Shown piece after piece: positions 17,331 through 26,481 of a stretch of DNA of 64,000 nucleotides. Location of the stretch: assembly GCA_012841065.1 (NCBI GenBank), contig DUVI01000002.1:10072-74071 (forward strand), given 5' to 3'. The notes below the pieces were generated by a model, which ran no database searches, was not told where the DNA came from, and worked only from the letters and a program-made list of their open reading frames with translations. The position numbers and the translations under genes were made by a program. The DNA comes from Bacillota bacterium. Lineage in GTDB: Bacteria; Bacillota; Sulfobacillia; Fermentithermobacillales; Fermentithermobacillaceae. Each line of letters opens with the position of its first letter. Within the stretch, counting starts at the first letter, position 1.

Positions 17331-18275
17331 ATGGACCAACAGATGTATCGTGAATTCATGGATGAACACGTGATCCCCCTCAAGGCCAGGCTGGATGATT
17401 TCTTGCCTGTGGTCTTGGGCTTGCGTAAGGCTGCGCAGATTGTGATGCCTGCCGAACTGCCTGACGCCGGCATCCTAGGTGCTACCATCGACGATAGCTT
17501 TCGGCAGAAAATGGCCGGCAAGAGGCTTCCCGGCGAGTCGCTGACGGATTACCTTAAGAACAGGACCGCCCGCATGCGGAGCAAAAACAAGGCACAGGAT
17601 CTACGTTTCCGGTTGCAGATGCTCAGGGATATCTACAGAGATGTTGTTGAGAAATCCAGATCGTACCAGGTATATATGAACTGGATAGACAAATGGGGAT
17701 TGCACCGGAAGGAACTGGAAGCCCGTCCTACTATACGGGAGATATACATCTTCGAAGATGAGGACATTGCCGTCCAGCTTGAAGAACTTCAAGATCTCCG
17801 GAAAGACATAAGGTACAACTTCGCCAAGAACCCCGATCCCTCGTTGAGCGGCTCACTCAGGGTGTTCCCTGAAGAGCATAATTCTGCGTTCTTGCGCAAA
17901 GCCGGAGGCATACTTGGATTTCCCGATTGCTGCATAGAACGGTATGTGTTTGACAGGAATTCAGGGGTTTTGAGCCCGGAAGTAAGGGCTTCAAACCAGA
18001 TAGCCCATTCAGATAGTCCTGATGATGTGGACACCTATGCGTATTTCACCAAAGACTTCTTCCCCTGCCAACCCGATTGCCCCGAAGCTGCAAAGATAGG
18101 CAGGGCAATCCATAAAGCGCTCTGCGAGGTAGATCCTGACCTTGCCAAGAGCTATGAGGAACATGTGGCAGGCAACATGAGATTGGTCAAGCAGTATCCT
18201 GATATCATACAGAACAGGCTGGCGAGATTGCAGCAGGAAGCCAGGCAACAAGAGGTTGAGCCGGGTGAAGAGTAG
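17331..18275 (+). CDS. Hypothetical protein with GFPDCC...FFPCQPDC four-Cys motif
   Basis: 314-aa ORF, first gene after the terminator, overlapping udg by 20 nt. The Cys motif suggests a metal site. No family confidently recognised. Confidence 0.6.
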   Translation: MDQQMYREFMDEHVIPLKARLDDFLPVVLGLRKAAQIVMPAELPDAGILGATIDDSFRQKMAGKRLPGESLTDYLKNRTARMRSKNKAQDLRFRLQMLRDIYRDVVEKSRSYQVYMNWIDKWGLHRKELEARPTIREIYIFEDEDIAVQLEELQDLRKDIRYNFAKNPDPSLSGSLRVFPEEHNSAFLRKAGGILGFPDCCIERYVFDRNSGVLSPEVRASNQIAHSDSPDDVDTYAYFTKDFFPCQPDCPEAAKIGRAIHKALCEVDPDLAKSYEEHVAGNMRLVKQYPDIIQNRLARLQQEARQQEVEPGEE

Positions 18276-18963
18276 ATCTGACATTATCCAGCACTCGTTG
18301 TTCGAAGCTGAACCTGTGCCGGGGCAGCACAGACTGTTCAGCGGACGAGCGCCGGAAAACACCGTGCCGCGTGTAGAGGATCGGCCTGCAGGGCTTGCAG
18401 CCATTGACGACCTGGATCTTTTGAGGCAAACTGTGCTCAAATGCAGGCAGTGCTGCTTGAGGGAAGGCGCCAGGGGCGTCGTGTTCGGCGAAGGCAACCC
18501 GAAGGCTGACATAATGTTCGTGGGGGAAGGTCCGGGAAAGACAGAAGACGAAATGGGAAGGCCCTTCGTTGGGCGGGCCGGGCAGCTTCTGGACCTCATG
18601 CTTAAGTCACACGGGTTTTCAAGGGAAGAGATATTCATCGCCAACATAGTGAAATGCCGTCCGCCTGGGAACAGGCTGCCTACACCTCAAGAGGTAGAGG
18701 CGTGTCTTCCCAATCTCATGGCGCAGATCCGGGTAATACGCCCCAAGATAATCGTGACGTTAGGAGCTCTGGCTTCTCAAACCTTGATAAACCCAGGTTT
18801 GAGGGTCACCAGAGATAGGGGTAAATGGTTTGAGAAGGACGGAATCAGCTATATTGTAACGTTCCATCCTGCTGCCGTGCTTAGGGATGAGAGGAACAAG
18901 AAGCGGCTCATCTGGGAGGATTTTGGCAGCCTCAAGCGAAAATATGCTGAGTTGTGCGGGTGA
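18256..18963 (+). CDS. udg: Uracil-DNA glycosylase, family 4
   Basis: CRQCCL...[37 protein letters not shown]...[13 protein letters not shown]...HPAAVLR. The start is uncertain (TTG 18256 or GTG 18265). Confidence 0.88.
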   Translation: MSRVKSRSDIIQHSLFEAEPVPGQHRLFSGRAPENTVPRVEDRPAGLAAIDDLDLLRQTVLKCRQCCLREGARGVVFGEGNPKADIMFVGEGPGKTEDEMGRPFVGRAGQLLDLMLKSHGFSREEIFIANIVKCRPPGNRLPTPQEVEACLPNLMAQIRVIRPKIIVTLGALASQTLINPGLRVTRDRGKWFEKDGISYIVTFHPAAVLRDERNKKRLIWEDFGSLKRKYAELCG

Positions 18964-19502
18964 AAAGATACTGTCTAATGTCACAGGAAGGCAAAACTGT
19001 CAAACGGACCTTCGTGGCCGGGACTCCGGCTGAGACCAGGTGTCTTGGGAAACTCCTGGGAGAGCATCTTGAAGGTGGAGAAATCATCCTGCTGGCCGGT
19101 TCCCTGGGGGCAGGCAAAACCACCATGGTACAAGGAATCGCTGCCGGACTCGGTATACAAGAACCTGTCAAGAGCCCGAGCTTCGTCCTGGAGAGGATCT
19201 ACCGGGGCAGACCGGCCCTCCATCATTTTGACTTCTACAGGCTTACTCAGGAGGACATTATAGAGTCAGGCCTTTTGTATGATATCGAGGATTCAGCGGT
19301 TATAGCCATAGAGTGGCCTGAGCGTGCCGGTGAAGCTTTGCCGGGATGGACTCTGAAAGTCAGCATTGAGTTCCATGAGGAATGGGTGGATTCAAAGCGG
19401 GTGAAATCGGAGAATAAGCGCAAGATCACCATTGAAAGCAGCGTAGTAAGGTGGGTAGAAGTTATTGAAGCTATCTGGAAACACAGACAAGCAAACAGCT
19501 AG
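18954..19502 (+). CDS. tsaE: tRNA t6A37 biosynthesis ATPase TsaE
   Basis: [27 protein letters not shown]...[10 protein letters not shown]...HFDFYRL. The likely start is the ATG at 18978. Confidence 0.9.
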   Translation: MRVKRYCLMSQEGKTVKRTFVAGTPAETRCLGKLLGEHLEGGEIILLAGSLGAGKTTMVQGIAAGLGIQEPVKSPSFVLERIYRGRPALHHFDFYRLTQEDIIESGLLYDIEDSAVIAIEWPERAGEALPGWTLKVSIEFHEEWVDSKRVKSENKRKITIESSVVRWVEVIEAIWKHRQANS

Positions 19503-20268
19503 GATTTTGGCCATAGAAACAAGCACGGAGCTTCTGGGAGTGGCGCTTGTAGATGATACGGGGATACGCTGTGAGTTTACAGCAGTAGAACCTATGATCC
19601 ATTCAAAGATGCTGCTTCCCTTGTCTAAACACGCGCTGGAGACGGTAGGTTGGGCTCCTCATGACCTGGATTGCCTGGCGGTATCGGGCGGTCCCGGATC
19701 GTTTACGGGACTCAGGATAGGCTTTGCCATGGCGCAAGGCCTGGGTTTCGCTTTGGATAAGCCTATTGCCAAGGTGCCTACCTTTGAGGTTTACCTGAGG
19801 CAATGTTCCCCTTATCCAAGAGTCGGTATAGTGCAAGGGAGAGCCAGAAGCCAGACTGTATGCGCTTTGTACGAAAAGGCAGTACCGGAGGTATCGCACG
19901 GCGGGCAGGCCTCTGGGACCCAATCGGGTTTCAATGAAATCGTGCCTCTTACCGCCATGGGTTCCAATGAGTTCTTGGACTATCTGGTGGATTACCTGGG
20001 CGATACTGCTTCGTTGCCTGTGTGGATTGCAGGAGATGCTGCAGATCAGTTTGCCGCCATGGCCGGTGAAGCGGGAATTGAGTGTGTCAGGACGGTTGAC
20101 AGCCACCTCAGGCTGCCGGCTCCGGGGGTCCTGGGCTTGATCGGCGTTGAGATGTTCCTGGAAGGCAAGGCGGTGTCCGCGTCTTCAGCACTCCCTGATT
20201 ATTACCGGAAATCCCAGGCTGAAGTGGTGTTTGCCTGCAAGACGAAGAAGGGGGACAGAGGTGATTAG
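19465..20268 (+). CDS. tsaB: tRNA t6A37 biosynthesis protein TsaB
   Basis: ILAIETSTELLGVALVDD...VSGGPGSFTGLRIG. The real start may be the TTG at 19507, just after the tsaE stop. Confidence 0.88.
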   Translation: MKLSGNTDKQTARILAIETSTELLGVALVDDTGIRCEFTAVEPMIHSKMLLPLSKHALETVGWAPHDLDCLAVSGGPGSFTGLRIGFAMAQGLGFALDKPIAKVPTFEVYLRQCSPYPRVGIVQGRARSQTVCALYEKAVPEVSHGGQASGTQSGFNEIVPLTAMGSNEFLDYLVDYLGDTASLPVWIAGDAADQFAAMAGEAGIECVRTVDSHLRLPAPGVLGLIGVEMFLEGKAVSASSALPDYYRKSQAEVVFACKTKKGDRGD

Positions 20269-20761
20269 CGCAGAGAAACTGGTCATCAGCAAGATGACCC
20301 CAAGGGATCTTGACGAAGTGCTTTCAATCGAGCGCCAGTCGTATCCGACGCCGTGGTCCAGACATGCTTTCACTTCTGAGCTTACGGCAAATGTATACGC
20401 CCATTACTTCACAGCCCGTATTGACGGTACTCTCGTGGGTTATTTTGGGATGTGGGTGTTTTTCGATGAAGCCCATATCACCAATATAGCTGTCCATCCC
20501 GGATTCCGGCGCCAAGGCATAGGCGAACGGATGATGAGATTTGCATTTGAGAAAGCCCGGGAACTTGGCGCTACCAAGATGACCCTGGAGGTGAGGCTTT
20601 CTAACCACGGTGCCCAGAGCCTCTACCGGAAACTTGGTTTCGAGGACAGGGGTATACGCAAAGGATATTACTCTGACACCAATGAGGACGCAATTATCAT
20701 GTGGAAAGACGACCTAAGCCCTGACGCCCCGCCGGAAGATAAGGTCCAGTGGATGCTATAG
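20261..20761 (+). CDS. rimI: Ribosomal-protein-alanine N-acetyltransferase
   Basis: IERQSYPTPWS...ITNIAVHPGFRRQGIGERMM...LEVRLSNHGAQSLYRKLGF (GNAT). The GTG at 20261 overlaps the tsaB stop, so the upstream part of the ORF-track ORF is probably untranslated. Confidence 0.88.
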   Translation: MISAEKLVISKMTPRDLDEVLSIERQSYPTPWSRHAFTSELTANVYAHYFTARIDGTLVGYFGMWVFFDEAHITNIAVHPGFRRQGIGERMMRFAFEKARELGATKMTLEVRLSNHGAQSLYRKLGFEDRGIRKGYYSDTNEDAIIMWKDDLSPDAPPEDKVQWML

Positions 20762-20858
20762 TTGAACCTTGTTATTGCTGTCATCGTTGTTATCGCTGTA
20801 CCATCGCCTTACACAGCAGTTTTATGACCTTGGTATCATACCGGGGTTTCGCCCTTGT

Positions 20859-21821
20859 CTACGGCAGAGCTACTGAATTGATGTCGTCTCTGGCCTTTTC
20901 CGCTGCGTTGGCCATGGCTTCATAAATACCGTTATCACTTGGCTGTGGGAGGTTTTCATAGGCGAAAATAATGCCCCTTGAGGATGAAACCACAGCCCCT
21001 GTGCCGCCTGGGTAGAAAGCTGCCTTTACGTCACCGGGCGTTCCGCCTTGTGCGCCGTAACCGGGTACAAGTAAGATTGACTTGGGCATGACTTGCCTCA
21101 TCATATCCAAGTGTTCGGGGTAGGTAGCTCCCACTACTGCACCGATATTTGAAAAACCGGACTTGCCTATATGTGACTCTCCAAGGCTGTTTACGCATTC
21201 GGCTACTTTTGCTGCTACAGTTCTTGGACTTGCATCAGGCTCATCAGACACTTTAAGATCTTGAAACGCATGGGAGCCTGGGTTCGATGTCTTTACCAAC
21301 ACGAACAGCCCGCAGCCGTTCTGACTGGCCATGTTCATGAAGGGATGGAGGGTGTCAGGGCCAAGGTAGGGATTTACGGTAAGTGCGTCTGCAAACAACT
21401 CAGATCCCGGATCCAGGTACGCCTTGGCGTAGGCACCTGCAGTGTGGCCTATATCTCCCCGCTTTGCGTCGAGGATTACGGGTATGGCATGCTTCCGGGC
21501 GTTTTGTATACATGAGGCCAGGGCTTTCCACCCCATGAGCCCCATGCTTTCGAAAAACGCGGCCTGGGGCTTAACTGCACAAGCGTAGGTTTTGGCTACT
21601 TCTATGATGGTGGAACAGAAAGCGTCGAGCAGGAACTCATCTGATTTGCCCGGGAACGCAGCTTTGAACTTGGATTGGTCTGCAAGAAGCCGTTTTGGAT
21701 CGGGATCGATGCCGATTACAACCCTCGAACCTGTGCTGTTTATCCGGCCGTTGAGTTTGTCTGCAAAATGCATTCTACCTACCTCGCTATCCAGTGTTAT
21801 GTATTGTCTTAAATGTTTCAC
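20859..21821 (-). CDS. pyrF: Orotidine 5'-phosphate decarboxylase, type 2
   Basis: VVIGIDPDP...ILDAKRGDIGHTAGAYAKAY...LLVPGYGAQGG, at the long-form length of about 320 aa. Confidence 0.88.
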   Translation of the reverse strand: MKHLRQYITLDSEVGRMHFADKLNGRINSTGSRVVIGIDPDPKRLLADQSKFKAAFPGKSDEFLLDAFCSTIIEVAKTYACAVKPQAAFFESMGLMGWKALASCIQNARKHAIPVILDAKRGDIGHTAGAYAKAYLDPGSELFADALTVNPYLGPDTLHPFMNMASQNGCGLFVLVKTSNPGSHAFQDLKVSDEPDASPRTVAAKVAECVNSLGESHIGKSGFSNIGAVVGATYPEHLDMMRQVMPKSILLVPGYGAQGGTPGDVKAAFYPGGTGAVVSSSRGIIFAYENLPQPSDNGIYEAMANAAEKARDDINSVALP

Positions 21822-21970
21822 TTAAACATTTCATGAATGCCCGGAAGTGTCAATACTGCAACTCATGTGGGAGGCGGCCAGAATTGCAGTAGGATAATCA
21901 CCTATCAAACCACTGGGACCGCCTCCGGTGTTTCAGGGTATAATTGGGATAAGTCTTGAGAGGTGATCAC

Positions 21971-23002
21971 ATGCTCATACTTGGGATTGATACATCTTGC
22001 GATGATACTTCGTGTGCTGTTGTCAAAGACGGGCGGCAGGTCTTGTCAAATATTGTTTCTTCCCAGACAAACCTTCATGAGAAGTTTGGAGGGGTTGTAC
22101 CTGAAATAGCTTCCAGAAGGCACTTGGAGATGCTCATTCCGGTGTGTGGCGAAGCTCTTGAACAGGCAGGTGTGACCCTCAAGGATATTGACGGGATTGC
22201 CGTTACCAATGGGCCGGGGCTCTTGGGCTCGCTATTGGTCGGGGTTGGTTTTGCCAAGGCCCTGGCTTATGCGACCAAGGTGCCGCTTATTGACGTTCAC
22301 CATATTGCAGGACACATCTATGCCAACTTCCTTGGCGAAACGTTGCCTGAATTCCCAGTGCTTAACCTGGTGGTGTCGGGAGGGCATTCTGAGCTAATCC
22401 TCATGGAATCCCACGGGCGGTTCACCCTTTTGGCTGAGACCAGGGATGATGCCGCAGGTGAAGTGTTTGACAAAGTCGCCAGGGAAATGGGACTGGGCTT
22501 TCCCGGAGGCCCTTACCTGGATCGTTTAGCTGAATCAGGTGATCCGGATAAGATTGCCTTCCCCTTGCCCAAAATCCGCGGCTCCAAGTACGATTACAGT
22601 TTTTCAGGAATTAAGACCCGGGCTTTGCTGGAATTCGAATCGGCAGACAAGACCGAAGAGTCAAAGCGTGACCTGGCGGCCGGTTTCAGAAAGGGCGTGG
22701 TGGATCAGCTCTTGAACCCGGTGGAAGAGTTGATCAGGCAAACAGGCGCCAGGACCCTTGCGCTTTCAGGCGGTGTTGCAGCTAACGCGTTGCTCCGGCG
22801 GGAAAGCCAAGCGCTGGCTGACAGGCTGAACATCCCACTATTCGTCCCTTCAAGGGAATTGTGCACTGACAATGGCGCCATGATTGCTTCGGCCGGCTAT
22901 TATAAGTACAGGGAGGCCGGTAGCAGCCGGCTTGAATCTGAAGGCTTACTGATGGAATGCTCAGCGGGCCTTGAGCTTCGGTCGTGGGGAGTGGATATGT
23001 GA
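21971..23002 (+). CDS. tsaD: tRNA N6-adenosine threonylcarbamoyltransferase
   Basis: MLILGIDTSCDDTSCAVV...HIAGHIYAN...VVSGGHSEL...LSGGVAAN. Confidence 0.95.
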   Translation: MLILGIDTSCDDTSCAVVKDGRQVLSNIVSSQTNLHEKFGGVVPEIASRRHLEMLIPVCGEALEQAGVTLKDIDGIAVTNGPGLLGSLLVGVGFAKALAYATKVPLIDVHHIAGHIYANFLGETLPEFPVLNLVVSGGHSELILMESHGRFTLLAETRDDAAGEVFDKVAREMGLGFPGGPYLDRLAESGDPDKIAFPLPKIRGSKYDYSFSGIKTRALLEFESADKTEESKRDLAAGFRKGVVDQLLNPVEELIRQTGARTLALSGGVAANALLRRESQALADRLNIPLFVPSRELCTDNGAMIASAGYYKYREAGSSRLESEGLLMECSAGLELRSWGVDM

Positions 23003-24339
23003 TGTTGCTTGAGCGTACACCGCCCCCATCCATGGAAGCCATGTTGTACCACGCCCAGATGCAAGGGATTTTGCCCCTTACGTCCCGCTGCAACATGCAG
23101 TGTGTCTTTTGCTCCAATGCTTACAACCCTGAGACCTGCGAGGTGTTTACCATACCACCCAGGTCCCTGGCTGAAATCGAAGATACTATATTGTGGCTCA
23201 CAGGCTCCAGGGGGCCTATTGTTATCGGTGAATCGGTTACCAGGATCAATGAAGGTGAACCGCTTACACATCCTGAGTTTCCGGACATCCTTAAGCTATT
23301 GCGTAAGCACTACCCTGACAGAATCATCAGAGTTACAACCAACGGTTCATTACTTACCCCTGAACTTATCAAGAGGCTTTCAGAGTTTGACGTTGAGCTG
23401 ATGGTATCTCTGAACACCGTGGGTTACAGGGAACAGGTTATGGGCGACAAGCAGCCTGAGACAACCTTGCGCAATGTAGAAGCTCTTGGCGGCAAAGTGA
23501 GGTTTGAGGGAAGCATAATTGCATTGCCGTTTATAACCGGATGGGAGGATATTAGGGATACCGCCAGGTTCTTGAGGGATTCGGGGGCATGGTCAATACG
23601 GATCTTGGCGCCGGGATTTTCCCGGTACCACCCGCTTAGCGAGTACGCGGCTTCATTCGACTTGGATGAAGCAAGAGGGGCCGGCCAGGAACTCCAGAAA
23701 GATCTCAAGATCCCTGTGTTGTTCGAACCTCCCGGAATCACATCGGTAACCCCGGTTGTCGAGTATGTGCTGCCAAGGTCGCCGGCCAGGCGGGCGGGAC
23801 TAAGGTCCGGAGACGTGATTACTCAGGTGCTCAAGCGGTATGTGATGTCGCGGACGGAAGCTTTTGAGCTGATAAGGGATCATGAAAAGCCGCGGGTAGT
23901 TTGTGACAGGCAGGGCGTGCTCTATGAAACTGTGATCAACAAGCACAGGTTCCAGCCGTCCGGGCTGGTGATGTATGACGACCTGGACCCTGATGCATGG
24001 TTTAAGTGGGAACTTGAATCCAGGGTGAAACGCAGGCGGGTGCTTGTGCTTACCTCAGGACCGGCAAAACCGGTTATCGAAGACGCGCTGGAAGTACGCG
24101 GGCTAAACGCGAAGGTTGAAGCGGTGCCTTCTGTGTTCTTCGGAGGCAATATCGATGCTGCCGGCCTTCTCACCGTGAGAGACTTTATCGCCAAGTACAG
24201 TGAGATCACCGGTGGAGGTTATGAACCTGAGATCGTAACCCTGCCTAAGAGAGCCTTTGATCCTTGGGGCAGGGATCTTGAAGGGGTCAGCTACAGAAGT
24301 TTTGAGCAGATGTCGGGAAAACCTGTTGTACTTGCTTGA
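23002..24339 (+). CDS. Radical SAM protein with PDZ-like domain (DUF512-type)
   Basis: CNMQCVFC (CxxxCxxC) and a PDZ-like segment LPRSPARRAGLRSGDVITQV. The ATG overlaps the tsaD stop (TGATG). GTG starts at 22984 and 22999 are alternatives. Confidence 0.75.
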   Translation: MLLERTPPPSMEAMLYHAQMQGILPLTSRCNMQCVFCSNAYNPETCEVFTIPPRSLAEIEDTILWLTGSRGPIVIGESVTRINEGEPLTHPEFPDILKLLRKHYPDRIIRVTTNGSLLTPELIKRLSEFDVELMVSLNTVGYREQVMGDKQPETTLRNVEALGGKVRFEGSIIALPFITGWEDIRDTARFLRDSGAWSIRILAPGFSRYHPLSEYAASFDLDEARGAGQELQKDLKIPVLFEPPGITSVTPVVEYVLPRSPARRAGLRSGDVITQVLKRYVMSRTEAFELIRDHEKPRVVCDRQGVLYETVINKHRFQPSGLVMYDDLDPDAWFKWELESRVKRRRVLVLTSGPAKPVIEDALEVRGLNAKVEAVPSVFFGGNIDAAGLLTVRDFIAKYSEITGGGYEPEIVTLPKRAFDPWGRDLEGVSYRSFEQMSGKPVVLA

Positions 24340-24409
24340 GTTTCGGAAGGATTGTCCGGCGTTCCAAAGAATGTTAATCATAACAAACGTTGCTTAGGGG
24401 GTTGAGCGA

Positions 24410-25471
24410 TTGGACTTAAGAGAGTTTCTCAAGAAAGCCTCGCTGGCCCATGGGGTGTCGGGGTTTGAGTTCATGGACATTGCATCATTGGCAAAGGATG
24501 CAATGGAGGGCTTGGTGGATGAAATCCACGTGGATGTGCTCGGCAATGTAATAGGAGTGAAGCATGGTCAAGGTCCCCAGCCCAGGCCGAAGATCATGCT
24601 TGCAGGCCATATGGACGAAATCGGCCTGATTGTCACCAAGATTGAGGAAGGCGGCTTCCTGAGGTTTGCCCCTGTAGGCGGGGTAGACCAGCGGGTCTTG
24701 CCTGCCCATGAAGTGATAGTGTACGGCAAGAGGCCGCTCACAGCCGTAATCGGGGTGAAACCTCCCCACCTTACTTCGCCTGAAGAGGCCAAGAATGCTC
24801 ACAAGATGAAAGACTTATTCATCGATACCGGATTGCCTGAGGAAGAAGTCCGCAACCTGGTTCGTGTGGGCGACGTTGTAACCTTCAAGCGACAGGTGAG
24901 CGAGCTAATGGGCGACAGGTTGTCAGGCAAAGCTCTCGACGACAGGGCAGGGGTTGCGGTTATTCTGGCTTGCCTCGATGAGTTGCGCAAGTACAAAGTG
25001 GACGCAGATGTGTATGCTGTAGCTACCAGCCAGGAGGAAGTAAGCTTAGGCGGCGCCGTTGTTTCAGCTTACGGCATCCAGCCTGACATCGGCATAGCTA
25101 TCGACGTGTGCCATGGTGAAACTCCTGGGGTCCCTGAGTGGAGAACCTCATCTGTGGGGAAGGGGCCTGCCCTGGCCCAAGGTGCCAACATTCATCCTAA
25201 GGTATTTGCCGCGCTTGAAAAGGCAGCTAAAGAAACAGGCGTCAACGTACAGAAGGAGATCGCTCCTGCAGCCACAGGGACCGATGCATGGGCCATGCAA
25301 GTTACCAGGGCAGGAGTAGCAACCGGCCTGGTTTCCATTCCTTTGCGCTATATGCACACATCGGTTGAGACCCTCTCAATGAGTGACATAGAGGGCGCAG
25401 GCAGGCTATTGGCCAGGTTTATTGCGTCTTGTGATGCAGGTTTTGTGAAGGAGTTGAAGACATGGATCTGA
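24410..25471 (+). CDS. M42 family (TET/FrvX-type) aminopeptidase, paralogue 1
   Basis: SGFE...VDVLGNVIG...MLAGHMDEIGLIVTKIEEGGFLRF..GG...KALDDRAGV...ATSQEEVSLGGA...IPLRYMHT. Confidence 0.88.
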   Translation: MDLREFLKKASLAHGVSGFEFMDIASLAKDAMEGLVDEIHVDVLGNVIGVKHGQGPQPRPKIMLAGHMDEIGLIVTKIEEGGFLRFAPVGGVDQRVLPAHEVIVYGKRPLTAVIGVKPPHLTSPEEAKNAHKMKDLFIDTGLPEEEVRNLVRVGDVVTFKRQVSELMGDRLSGKALDDRAGVAVILACLDELRKYKVDADVYAVATSQEEVSLGGAVVSAYGIQPDIGIAIDVCHGETPGVPEWRTSSVGKGPALAQGANIHPKVFAALEKAAKETGVNVQKEIAPAATGTDAWAMQVTRAGVATGLVSIPLRYMHTSVETLSMSDIEGAGRLLARFIASCDAGFVKELKTWI

Positions 25472-26481
25472 GAACTCTTACAACCCTTTCAGGGGTTTCG
25501 GGAAACGAATATGAAGTCCGGTCCGCGATAATCGAACAACTCCAGTCCATGGGGATTTCATACGAATGCGACGTAATGGGCAACGTGATCGCCAAGAAGG
25601 GCAGCCGGGGTCCGAAAGTGCTGCTCGATGCCCATATGGACGAAGTGGGGCTTGTAATAACCCACATCGAGAAGAACGGGTTTCTCAGATTTGCCCGTGT
25701 GGGGGGAATAGACCCGCGGGTATTGGTTTCCAAGCGTGTGCTTGTAGGCAAGGAAAAGCTTCCCGGTGTGATAGGAGCGAAAGCTATCCACCTTCAAGAA
25801 CGTGATGAACGGTCCCGGGTAATCCCCATAGACCAGCTGTTTATCGATATTGGCGCAGAGTCCCTGGAACAGGCCAAAAGCAAAGTACAACCGGGGGACT
25901 ACGTGGCATTCGACACCGAGTACGAAGAACTTGCCCCAGGGATCATCAAAGCTAAGGCGTTGGATGACAGGGTTGGGTGTGCGCTCCTGTTTGAAGTGCT
26001 GAAACAGGACTGGCAGGACATACAACTCTATGCCGTGTTCGCAGTCCAGGAAGAAATAGGGCTCAGGGGAGCAAAGGTTGCCGCATTTGCAGTTGAACCT
26101 GACATGGGCATAGCTCTTGAGGGCACGGTTTGCGCTGACATACCTGGAACTGACAAGGAATTTCAGGCAACCCGGTTGGGCAAGGGGGCTGCCATCAGCA
26201 TAATGGACAGAGGCTCTATACCCAACCGTGCAATGCTCGACCAGCTTGTGAAGATTGCTGAGAACGAGGCGATACCTTACCAGTTCAGAGAAGCTACTTC
26301 CGGGGGTAACGACGCGGGCGCTATACAGCAAGCTAAAGCAGGTTGTCCTGTAGCATCGGTATCTGTGCCTTGCCGCTGTATACATACCCCTTGTTCGATC
26401 ATGTCAATGTCAGATTTTGACGCAGCCCGGAAATTGGTCATCAAGTTCTTAGAGAGTGTTGAGGGAGGTTTCAGACCGTGA
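25462..26481 (+). CDS. M42 family aminopeptidase, paralogue 2
   Basis: SGNE...LDAHMDEVGLVITHIEKNGFLRF...KALDDRVGC...FAVQEEIGLRGA...VPCRCIHT. Overlaps paralogue 1 by 10 nt. Confidence 0.88.
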   Translation: MDLRTLTTLSGVSGNEYEVRSAIIEQLQSMGISYECDVMGNVIAKKGSRGPKVLLDAHMDEVGLVITHIEKNGFLRFARVGGIDPRVLVSKRVLVGKEKLPGVIGAKAIHLQERDERSRVIPIDQLFIDIGAESLEQAKSKVQPGDYVAFDTEYEELAPGIIKAKALDDRVGCALLFEVLKQDWQDIQLYAVFAVQEEIGLRGAKVAAFAVEPDMGIALEGTVCADIPGTDKEFQATRLGKGAAISIMDRGSIPNRAMLDQLVKIAENEAIPYQFREATSGGNDAGAIQQAKAGCPVASVSVPCRCIHTPCSIMSMSDFDAARKLVIKFLESVEGGFRP

